Source: Squalus acanthias
Taxonomy: Eukaryota
Assembly: GCA_030390025.1 (NCBI GenBank)
Contig: CM059432.1
Coordinates: 44,704,001-44,768,000 of the forward strand
Length of the DNA: 64,000 nucleotides
Reading direction: 5' to 3'
The number at the start of each line of letters is the position of its first letter. Position 1 is the stretch's first letter. The notes under the pieces were generated by a model. That model was not told the DNA's origin, did no database searches, and saw only the letters and a list, made by a program, of their open reading frames with translations. A program made the position numbers and the translations under genes. Below are positions 35,233-46,130 of the stretch, in pieces.

Positions 35233-37940
35233 AGGTAGAATTTCCGTTAGTTTTATCAGCGCAATCCGGGTGAAATCGAACCAGCAGTAAAAGATCGGAC
35301 AATTTTAAACGTAAGTTACATCAAGTCTAAATTGAGTTTCTGTGAACTTTAATGCCGGTTTAAAAATCATTTTGCCGGCCCCACCCACAAAACTAGCCAC
35401 AGAATAATGAGCATGGCAAGTTTCCGCCGATTGCGCCCATTTGCGGCTGTTCAAGGAGGGACTTCAAATTGAGCTTGTTTTCTTAGGCGTACAGGCACTA
35501 GAAGGCACAGTTTTAAAGTTTTTGGCTAGGAAATTGGAGCCGTTTGTGCCGGCTGTTAAGGCCAATTTGGAAGAAAAAATGGTGGCTGCCTTGCTTCTGG
35601 TGTGGAACCCAGTGCTGCCATTTAGGGTAGATCGGCAGCGCTGCCGCAGTCTGCGCTCGCTTCACATATTTAGATGAGCCAGATCGTAACATCAATCGGC
35701 ATGCAACGCTGAATTTACGCTCAGTCAGGTATTTTGGATGTCGCCGCTCTTATTAATGCCCTCTACAAAGCACGCACGGCAGAACGTGCTTTCAGCTGTT
35801 CGATGGACCCGCTACCAGCGCTTTTTAAAGGGACCCTCGCAACTTTCAGTTAAGTTTAGATTTTTGCTTTTGTACTGGTTTCTTTACATTTTATTGGAGT
35901 AGTGGCTTGGTGTAAGACATTTAAAACATTGTTAAAGTATACAGGGATTGCAGGGAGTGCTGCTGGACTGTTTGCAAGGCTTTGGCTCTTAAAGGAAGGC
36001 CTCTGAGAACATCACTTGCTCCCAGTTCTGGGGGCTCTAGTTGCAGTCCCCCTTGGGCTGCAGCACAACAAGGAGATGGAGCAGAGGCAGCAAAGGGGAC
36101 AAGCTGTTCGCAGAGGGAGGAGGAGAAGGAAGAGGAAGAAGCAGAAGAGGAGGAAGCAAAAGAGGAGGAAGCAGAAGGGGAGGAAGCAGAAGAGAAGGAA
36201 GCAGAAGGAAGGAAGCAACCCAGACAGCCCCTTTCTGGCTGGGATATCCGTGATCAAATCATTCACCTGCGGTACCAGTAAATACAACCCCAATTCCCCT
36301 TTCAGCATTTGTCCCACACCTTCCCTTCCCTCTGTTACTGACCATCACAGCCTCTTGGCCACAATGCTGAAATAAAAGCTACCACTCTTGGCCACAATGC
36401 TGAAATAAAAGCAACCACAAAGTAAACTTTCCAATCCAACTTTATCCAGATATACATCCACTACTACTTCAAAAAATCAACTAATCACCCTTAGTGAGTG
36501 TCTTGTCTGTGCCTTTGCCTATCCTAATGCTCTTACACAGTGCTACCTCAGTGGCTGCAGCATGGCTGGTGGAAGGCTGCTGACTTTCAGTGGAGGACAC
36601 TGCAGATGGCCTTGTAGGACGACCTTGAGGAGCTGGTGGCTGGGAGTGTGAAATTGAGTGATAGTGTTTCTTCTTCACTCTGCTCTCCCTCTTCTTGGTG
36701 AACCACTGGCTGGGCAGGCTGAATTTCTTGGATGTCTGAAATGAGGAAGGCACAAGGGTAGGGTTGTGGTGAGGCGAGGGGAGGTAAAGCAAGAGGTGCA
36801 TGCTTGTGTGCGACCTTGCCCTCCAGGGGGCTGGCACCTGCGTTATCCTTTCCCCCTGCCCCGGATGCAGCCCACTCGTGCCCGCTGATTCACTGTGCAG
36901 ATCCTGACTCTAAACTACCCTCTAAAGTCCGCGCAGTGCCAATATCTGAGCTGGTGGCTGTGACTATCAGATCGAATGATGATGTTTCTTCTTCATCATC
37001 ACTCTTCTCTTGCACCACTGCCTGGCCAGGGTTGTGGTGAGGGAGCTTGTGGGGGTGGTGGGGGGTGGAGGGGAGCAAGAGGTGCATGCTTACACCATCT
37101 GCAGCTTGTAAGTCAGAAGAGATTATGGGATGAGGGAGAAGTGGGATGTGAGAAAGAGGATAATGTATGAGGATATCAGCATCTTGTATTCTTTCAGCCC
37201 TGCTGCTGGTGAAGGGCTCAGCCATGCCCCTGCTAAGAATGGCCAGCACCGTCTCCTCCAAAGGGGTGAGGTGAAGCTAGGAATGTGAGGTGTGCCTCGT
37301 GTTTGGCAGAGATTGTTGGTAAGTGAGTGATGGGGGGTGGTGGGGTGGTCGTGCATTGAACAGTGTGTGAGGTTAGTGGTGCAGTTGGTAGGAGACAACT
37401 TTTGAAGATGCATTCACTGACCTTGACCACTCGCCTGAGGTCATGAAACTTCTTTGGGCACTGGAGCCAGGTCCTGGGGCGACACTGCTGACAGTGACTG
37501 CCTCGGCGATCTGGTCCCATATCTTTCTTTCTGGAAGGCATTCTGGCCCTCTGTAGATAGAGGACCACTCTTCCAGTGTTAACCCCCTGCACAAAGCTCG
37601 AGTGCTGCGTCTGAGACCATGGGTGCCCTTTCCCTGGCCTGTTGAGCCATTTGTATTAGTGCTGTATCACTTTTAAAATATGTCATCTACAGAAGGCAGC
37701 TCACCTTTAGGAGGTGCAGACTGCCTTTAAGAGGAGCAGGCTAGCTTTAAGTAAAGCTAGCCTCACTTGAGCAATGCAAACTTACGCTCCCTGCTGAGCG
37801 CACAGCCTGTCAGCAGTAGGTTCAGCGCTAGGCTGTGCACTACAATCATAATAATTAGCAGGCAGCACGAAGTTGACGCGTCCATAGCTCGAGGTGCCCG
37901 TGTCATGCCCGTTTTTTTGCGTTATCGAATTTCGAGGACT
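35233..37940. mobile_element. Degenerate Harbinger element 3 (transposase mostly deleted)
   Basis: Transposase start GALVAVPLGLQH on + matches the reverse complement of 57760-57800. Myb-like remnant on - (IWDQIAE, RTWLQCPKKFHDLRRVVK then a GTCAGT donor, QQPSTSHAAAT). Ends are approximate. Confidence 0.65.
36113..36216 (+). repeat. Purine-rich 15-bp tandem repeat (GAGGAGGAAGCAGAA)
   Basis: About 5 imperfect units read directly. Confidence 0.8.
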
Positions 37941-38984
37941 TTTTATATATAAAAATATTTAATTTATTAAGAAACTGACTAGTGTACACCAATGAAACTA
38001 GTAAAAGTTCAGTATAGTATTTTTAAGTCATTTTCAGTGATTTAAAATCAGGTTACTAGACACATTAAAAATACTTATTTTTTGTGATAAGCCCATTTTC
38101 AGCTGTATTAATAAAACTGCACCAGGTTACCATTCTTAAATACATCAATAAATATATTTTGATTCAAAGAAAAAATACCATTACGTTCCAGTAAGTGGAC
38201 CGATTGCGCTGGTTGAAGGAAGATTTTACGGTTGTGATTATGCTAATGCATTTTAGCGGAAGCTTGAACTGTTACCTAACCAGTGTATTATCAAGCCCAA
38301 TTTGCACCCAATTTCCCAATTACACCCCAAGTAGAAACTTACCCCCAAAATATAATAATATAATAGCACAATTGACAGTTCTCAAGCTGTACAGATTTAA
38401 ATGGATGATAAACGATGATGCACTAGAGGGAGCTGTTGGGTTTAGAGGGACTTTATGGCATGTTTGTAAGATAAATTTGAAATGCAAATTTTATTTTTTC
38501 CCAGTTTTCACCACTTTCCCTCCTCTCCTAACTCATGAAAGGACATGATTCCGCATGCACTGGTTGCCCTCTGATTGCTTAAGTGGCCAGTATTCATGTG
38601 TGAGCCTCGATAGGAAGTGTCAGCATGTTAGTTGACTGGGGAGGTTTCTCAGTGGTGCCTAATCCTGGCCTTACCCAACATATGGACAACCAGCAGATAT
38701 CGCTGGACAATGATCAGGAGCAGAACCCTGGTGAATTTTCTCCTTCCTAACCTGGGGCACTGTGACTGCTTTCAGTGGCCCTACTGCTACCCCACTTGAG
38801 ATCAAATAACTCAGAACATAGCATTACATTGGATCTACAGCATAGAAACAGGCCATTTGGCCCAACTGGCCTAAGCCAGTGCTTATACTCCACAGGAGCC
38901 TCCTCCCATTCTAATTACCTCTTCCCAACCTGCCCCTCTCTCTATTTGCTTCTCACTCATGTATATATCAAGCCTACTCTTAAT

Positions 38985-39562
38985 TTTCTTTTATTCATTC
39001 CTGGAATGTGGGCATCGCTGGCAAGGCCAGCATTTATTGCCCACCCTAATTGCCCTTGAGAAGGTGGTGGTGAGCCGCCTTCTTGAACCGCTGCACTCCG
39101 TGTGGTGAAGGTACTCCCACAGTGCTGTTAGGGAGGGAGTTCCAGGATTTTGACCCAGCGCCGATGAAGGAACGGTGATATATTTCCAAGTCAGGATGAT
39201 GTGAAACTTGGAGGGGAAATTGGAGGCGATGGTGTTCTCATGCGCCTGCTGCCCTTGTCCTTCTAGGTGGTAGAGGTCACGGGTTTGGGAGGTGCTGCCG
39301 AAGAAGCCTTGGTGAGTTGCTGCAGTGCATCTTGTAGATGGTACACACTAGAGCCACGGTGCGCCGATGGTGGAGGGAGTGAATGTTTAAGGTGGTGGAT
39401 GGGGTGCCAATCAAGCGGGCTGCTTTGTCCTGGATGGTGTCGAGCTTCTTGAGTGTTGTTGGAGCTGCACTCATCCAGGCAAATGGAGAGTATTCCATCA
39501 CACTCCTGACTTGTGCCTTGTAGATGGTGGAAAGACTTTGGGAAGTCAGGAGGTGAGATACT
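38985..39562 (-). mobile_element. LINE family X 3' part
   Basis: MEYSPFAWMSAAPTTLKKLDTIQDKAARLIG peptide and the family X 3' end. Confidence 0.9.
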
Positions 39563-42045
39563 CATAGAATCATAGAATAGAATCATAGAATGGTTACAGC
39601 ACAGAAGGAGGCCATTCAGGCCCATCGAGCCTGTGCTGGCTCTCTGTAAGAGCACTTCAGCTAGTCCCACTCCCCCGCCCTTTCCCTGTAGCCCTGCAAT
39701 TTTTTTTCCTTCAAGTACTTATCCAATCCCCTTTTGAAAGCCACAATTGAATCTGCCTCCACCACCCATTCAGGCAGTGCATTCCAGATCTTAACCACCT
39801 GCTGAGTAAAAAAGTTTTTTCTCATGTCGCCTTTGGTTCTTCTGCCAATCACCTTAAATCTGTGTCCTCTGGTTCTCAACCCTTCAGCCAATGGGAACAG
39901 TTTCTCTCTATCTACTCTGGCTAGACCCCTCATGATTTTGAACACCTCTATCAAATCACCTCTCAACTTTCTCTGCTCTAAGGAGAACAACCCCAGCTTT
40001 TCCAGTCTATCCACGTAACTGAAGTCCCTCATCCATGGAGCGAATCTTGTAAATCTATTCTGCATCCTCTCTAAGGCCTTCACATCCTTCCTAATGTGCG
40101 GTGCCCAGAATTGGACACAATACTCCAGTTGAGGCCAAACCAGTGGTTTATAAAGGTTCATCGTAACTTCCTTGCTTTTGTACTCTCTGCCTCTATTTAT
40201 GAAGCCCAGGATCCCATATACTTTTTAACCGCTTTCTCAACCTACCACCTTCAACGATTTGTGCACATAAACCCCAGGTCTCTGTGTTCCTGCACCCTCT
40301 TTAGAATTGTGCCCTTTAGTTTATATTGCCTCTCCTCGTTCTTCCTTCCAAAATGTATCACTTCGCTCTTTTCTGCGTTAAATTCCATCTGCCACGTGTC
40401 CGGCCATTCCGCCAGCCTGTCTATGTTCTCTTGAAGTCTATCACTATCCTCCTCACTGTACAATATACTTCCAAGTTTTGTGTCATCTGCAAATTTTGAA
40501 ATAGTGCCCTGTACACCCAAGTCTAAATCATTAATATATATCAAGAAAAGCAGTGGTCCTAGAACCGACCCCTGGGGAACACCACTGTATACCTTCCTGC
40601 AGTCCGATAAACAACCGTTCACCACTAATCTCTGTTTCTGGTCACTTAGCCAATTTCATATCCATGCTTCCACTGTCCCTTTTATTCTATGGGCTTCAAC
40701 TTTGCTGGCAAGCCGATTATGTAGCACTTTATCAAATGCCTTTTCTAAGTCCATGTACACTACATCAACCGCATTGCCCTCATCACCCCTCTCTGTTACC
40801 TCATCAAAAAACTCAATCAAGTTAGTTAAACATGATTTGCCTTTAACAAATCTGTGCTGGCTTCCCTTAATGAATCCACACTTGTCCAAGTGACTGTTAA
40901 TTTTGTCCTGGATTATCATTTCTAAAAGCTTCCCCACTACTGAGGTTAAACTGTAGTTGCTGGGTTTAACCATACACCCTTTTTTGAACAAGGGTGTAAC
41001 ATTTGCAATTCTCCAGTCCTCTGGCACCACCCCCTGTATCCAAGGAGGATTGGAAGACTATGGCCAGTACCTCCGCAATTTCCACCTTTACTTCCCTCAG
41101 CATCCTAGAATGCATCCCATCCGGTCCTGGTGACTTTACTACTTTAAGTACAGCCAGCCTTTCTAGTACCTCCTCTTTATCAATTTTTATCCCATCCAGT
41201 ATCTCAACTACCTCATCTTTCACCAGGACTTTGGCAGCATCTTCTTCCTGGTTAAAGACAGATGCAAAGTACTCATTTAGTACCTCACCCATGCCCTCTG
41301 CATCTATGCGTAGGTCTGCATTTTGGTCCCTAATCGACCCCATCCCTCCTCTTACTACCCGTTTACTATTTATAGAAGATTTTGGGATTCCCTTTTATGC
41401 TAGCATCCAATCTATTCTCATACTCTCTCTTTGCCCCTCTTATTTCCTTTTTCACTTCCCCTCTGAACTTGCTATATTCAGCCTGGTTCTCACTTGTATT
41501 CTCAACCTGACATCTGTCATACTTGCCCTTTTTCTGATTTATCTTACTCTCTATCTCTTTTGTCATCCAGGGAGCTCTGGCTTTGGTTGCCCTACCTTTC
41601 CCCATCATGGGAATGTACCTCAACTGTACACAAACCATCTCCTGTTTAAAGGCAGCCCATTGTTCGATTACAGTTTTGCTTGCTAATCTTTGATTCCAAT
41701 TTACCCGGGCCAGATCCATTCTCAACCCACTGAAATTGGCCTTCCTCCAATTAAGTATTTTTACTCTAGATTGCTCCCTGTCCTTTTCCATAGTGAATCT
41801 AAACCTTATGCTACTGTGATCACTGTTCCCTAAAGTTCCCCTAACTGACACTTGCTCTACTTGACTTATCTCATTCCCAGAACCAGATCCAGCAATACCT
41901 CCTTCCTTGTTGGGCTGGAAACATACTGATCAAGAAAGTTCTCCTGAACACACTTCAGAAATTCTTCCCCTCTTTCTGCCCTTTACACTATTCCTATATT
42001 AGAATAGTTGAAGTCCCCCATTATCACTACTCTATAGTTCTTGCA
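39563..42045 (-). mobile_element. CR1 LINE copy C (degenerate)
   Basis: (ATTCTATG)n-type tail at 39563-39591. Fragments GNSDH, GKSCLTNL, GVPQGSVLGP and FADDTKL lie in broken frames. Confidence 0.9.
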
Positions 42046-42049
42046 CCGA

Positions 42050-42671
42050 TCTGGAAAAATCTACGGACTTACCTGAGGGCTCCTGAGGTCCAGATACTTC
42101 TACTCCTGGGCCTCTCCAACTCGAAATGCGCAGGGCCCACGTATCCCAGAGGCGCATGCAGTTTGCAAGCATCCCTGGGATCACGTGGGCCATGGGGAGC
42201 CAATAGGAGAAGGGAATCTCCCTTCATACACTTGACAGATAGACCTGTCAAATATATAAATGGAGATCACCCCAAAAACACTGTAAAACATTAAATAATT
42301 TTTTTTTAAAAATCACTTTTTTAAAATGAGTTCAAATTACAATAAATTAAATATTTTAAACAAAAGTTTTTTACGGGGCTAAAAATAAACTTACCTTTTT
42401 TAAAGTATTTTTAAATGTTAAATGAGTGAAAAAATATATATATATTTTTAACTTTTTCAACTCTTATGCTGGTAAAAGCAGGCCTTACGCTTTTACCAGG
42501 CGTAAGATTTCTAAGGGTTTTCTGCGGGTGGAGGGTCTCCAGAAAGCGGAACTATCTGCCCACAGAGGCCCTTCTCCAGGGCAGGCGTCCGATCTGAAAC
42601 CGGCATTTCCAATGTCCCTACGGGTGTGTACACAGCGCGTACACACCCGTAGGCATCGGAAAATACGGCCC
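42050..42671 (-). mobile_element. Harbinger-type MITE remnant, architecture like 18540-19282
   Basis: Ends in GAAAATACGGCCC. It has an AT-rich core, minus-strand AGGTAAG donors and a GGATCACGTG motif. Confidence 0.5.
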
Positions 42672-43402
42672 AATATCTTTTTTGTAGTATGGAGACCAGA
42701 ATTGCGCACAGTATGGTCGAACTAAGGCTCTATATAAATTTAACATTACCTCCCTGCTTTAGTATTATATTCCTCTAGAAATGAACCCCAGTACATTGTT
42801 TGCATTCATTATAGCTTTATCAACTTGTGCTGTTACTTTTAGAGATCAATGTATCTGTATTCTCAGATCTTTTTTGTTCCCCTACCCCATTTGGTTTCTT
42901 ACATTTCAAGGAATAAGTGGCCTCCTTATTTCTCATACCAAAATGAACCAACTAACACTTTGCTATATTAAGCCTGTTTATGTCTTCCTGTATTTTGGTG
43001 CAGTCCTCCACATATCAGTTACACCCCCAAATTTGGTATCATCTACAAATTCCAACACCACACCATTTCTGAGTCCAGATAATTTATGTATGTGGTGAAC
43101 AATAATGTTACCAACATGGATCCCTGCTGGACATTACTTCCCACTTTCTGCCAGTCCAAGAAACTTCCCTTAACTCCTACCTATTTAGTAGAAATATGTG
43201 AATTAATTCTTCTACCTGACCCCTGACTCGACATGCCCTTACCTTTGTTATGAGTCTCTTATGTAGCACCTTATCAAAGGTCTTCTGAAAGTCCATATAT
43301 AACATATATAACATTGTCCTTGTCTACTCCTTTGCATATGCCTTTTTCTTTAGATTTAATTTTACCCTCACCTCTTTACTTATCCATGCTGGCTCATTCT
43401 TG

Positions 43403-44776
43403 CTGGAAATACTCAGCAGATCAGGCAGCAGATCAGGCTGTAAAGTGCCTAATCGAAAGATGAGGTGCTGTTCCTCGAGCTTACATTGAGCTTCGTTGGA
43501 ACAGTGTAATGGGCCGAGGACGGAGATGTCGGAGTGGGAGTGGAGCGGAGAATTAAAGTGACAGGTGACCGGAAGCTCAGGGACACGCTTGCAGACTGAA
43601 CGGAGGTGTTCCGCCAAGTGGTCACCCAATCTGCATTTGGATTCCCTAATGTAGAGGAGACCGCATCGTGAGCAGCAAATACAGTATACTAAATTGCAAG
43701 AAGTACAAGTAAATCGCTGTTTCACCTGGAAGGAGAGTTTGGGGCCCTGGACAGTGGGAAGGGAGGAGGTAAAAGGGCAGGTGTTGCATCTCCTGCGCTT
43801 GCACAGGAAGGTGCCGTGGGAAGGGGAGGGGGTGTTGGGGGTGATAGAGGAGTGGACCAGGGTGTCGCGGAGGGAACGGTCTCTTCAGAATGTTGAAAGG
43901 GGAGGGGAAGGGAAGATGTGTTTGGTGGTGGGATCATGCTGGAGGTGGCGGAAATGGCGGAGGGTGATACGTTGAATGTGGAGGCTGGTGGGGTGAAAGT
44001 TGAGGACAAGGGGAACTCTATTGTGGTTCTGGGAGGGAGGGGAAGGGGTGAGAGCAGAAGTGCAGGAAATAGAATGGACACGGTCGAGGGCCGTGTCAAC
44101 CACGATAGAGGGGAATCCTCGGATGAGGAAAAAGGAAGACCTGTCGGAAGCACTAGTATAGAAGGTGGCATCATCAGAACAGATGCGACGGAGACGGAGA
44201 AACTGGGAGAATGGAATAGAGTCCTTACAGGAAGCGGGATGGGAGGAAGTATAGTCCAGGTAGCTGTGGGAGTCAGTGGGCTTATAGTGAATGTTTGTCA
44301 ATAGCCTATCCCCAGAAATGGAGACAGAGAAGATGAGGAAGGGAAGAGAAAGGAAGAGTCAGAGATGGACCATGTGAATGTGAGGGAAGGGTGAAAATTG
44401 AAAGCAAAGTGAATGAAATTTTCTAGTTCAGGGCGAGAGCAAGAAACAGCTCCGATACAGTCATCAATGTACCGGAAAAAGAGGTGAGGGAGTCAACCTG
44501 AGTAGGACTGGAACAAAGAATGTTCCACATATCCCACGAAAAGGCAGGCATAGCTAGGACCCATGCGGGTTCCCATAGCAACACCCTTTCCCTGCCCCTG
44601 CACTTGCTTAAAAATCTGTTCCATCTCTAACTTTTTCCAGTTCTGACGAAGGGTCATCGACCTGAAACGTTAACTCTGTTTCTCTCTCCACAGATGCTGC
44701 CTGACCTGCTGAGTATCTCCAGCATTTTCTGTTTTTATTTCAGATTTCCAGCATCCGCAGTATTTTGTATTAGTGT
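43403..44776 (-). mobile_element. Penelope-like element 2 (degenerate) with inverted pseudo-LTR
   Basis: Peptides YKPTDSHSYLDY.SSHP..CK.SIPFSQFLRLRRICS and LVYCICCSRCGLLYIRE (GIY-YIG). A plus-strand pLTR lies at about 44595-44770. TSD CTCATTCTTG at 43393-43402 / 44777-44786. Confidence 0.85.
44639..44675 (+). ncRNA. Minimal type I hammerhead ribozyme motif
   Basis: AGTT-CTGACGA-A-GGGTC-ATC-GACCT-GAAA-CG-TT-AACT: stem I AGTT/AACT and palindromic AACGTT at stem III. Confidence 0.75.
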
Positions 44777-44894
44777 CTCATTCTTGGCTAGTTTGTTCTT
44801 ATATTACAGTGGAATATATTTTTCCTGGACTCTATTGATCACCATTTAAATATTGCCCACTGTTGTTCTACTTCTTTGTCTGTCAATATGTTGT

Positions 44895-45110
44895 TGGAGA
44901 TGCTGTTTTTACAATGAGCTGTTAAACAAAGTCTCTGTCTGCCTATTCAGATGGATGTAAAATATCCCATAGAAGATCAGGAAGCTCTCCCAGATTTCCC
45001 AACCGACAGCACCAAAAACAGATTAACTGGGCAATCATCTCATGTTTGTGGGACCTTTCTGGGATCAAAATGTTTGCTGCATTTGCCTATGTAATGAAAG
45101 TCACTGTAAT
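44895..45110 (+). mobile_element. DeuSINE-like body fragment
   Basis: ATGAGCTGTTAAAC...GGATGTAAAATATCCCAT...CATCTCATGTTTGTGGGACC, similar to 45870-46080. Confidence 0.5.
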
Positions 45111-45751
45111 TAATTCATAAAATCATAAGCCTCGAGATTCTGAGTCCCATGATTTGTTGCTGGAACTGTGGAATGTAAGAGTGCCTGTTGCCAAGGAAGC
45201 TCTCCCTTCAGAAGTTCCAGGGTCAGAGTATTTGAATAATGCTGGGTGAAATATGTCAAGCGTCCCACCAGCAATAATAAAGAAGCACCCATGGAGGTCG
45301 AAAAACTCGAGGGAGAGTGAAGGCAGAAGGCGCAAGATGATGCCATTTAACGGCAGTCTGCACTTAAAGATGAAAGTCCTCATTTCTGGAGTGGGCATGG
45401 CAGAATCAAGTGGGAGAAAGAGAAGAGCAGCTAACTTTACAGACAATGGAGGTAATTTTGACTTTGTGCGAAAGTGTAAAATGGGTGATAGCGAATCGGC
45501 AGCCTGCTTCTGAAATCTCACGATTTTTATTTCCATTGAAGTGAATATTTTGTTATAAGTGTGGTATAAATTCGCTAATGCAAGAAAAGTTTAATTTTAT
45601 TATCACGTCTATATTTTAATTTGGAAAATTCTAAATTCAGAGGGTGCATCAGTGCCTCCCACTGTTATGTGAAGTGGCTCTCACCTCTTGCTGGAACATT
45701 TTGTACACTTTGTTAAAAATCCCGCTAATAGTGATTAGCTTGGTTCAATAG

Positions 45752-46130
45752 CTTGGCTCAGTACTTGTAGCACCCGTCCCTCTGAGTCAGGAGGTTCTGT
45801 TTTCACACGCCAATCCAGTACCTGAGGAGACAAGTTATCCTGCAGTACTCCATGCAGTACTGTGGGAGGTGCCATTCCTTGGATGAGATGTTAAAACCAG
45901 GGTCCTTTCTGCTTATTCTGGTGGCTTAGTTGGATATCAGGAGTTATCCTTGCAAACATTTCTCCTCAGCCAATATCATCAAAAATATATTAATTGGCAA
46001 TTCATCTAATTGCTGTTTGTGAGATCTTTCTGTCTGATTAATGGTTGTCATATTTGTCTGCATCACAGTCACTGCACTTTGAAGTAATTCATTGTATGAG
46101 TAGCATTTTGAAATGTGATGTGAGACTGTG
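45752..46130 (+). mobile_element. DeuSINE-like element (tRNA head plus Deu-domain)
   Basis: TGGCTCAGT...CTCTGAGTCAG head, then GAGGTGCC..GGATGAGATGTTAAA and TTGCTGTTTGTGAGATC motifs recalled from the Deu-domain. Confidence 0.6.

Larger units (their letters stand above)
42685..44890 (-). mobile_element. Old CR1 remnant interrupted by Penelope element 2
   Basis: Degenerate RT sequence (CCTTATCAAAGGTCTTCTGAAAGTCC; CCCCCAAATTTGGTATCATCT). It resumes after 44786. Confidence 0.6.

Noticed and set aside
35982..36375. Poly-Glu and Arg/Lys-rich ORFs
   Set aside because: Produced by the purine tandem repeat inside a decayed Harbinger.
45448..45545. Left TIR (GGAGGTAATTTTGAC) of the element ending at 55281
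   Set aside because: The sequence after it resembles the short MITE class at 8694-8812, and no TSD links the two ends.
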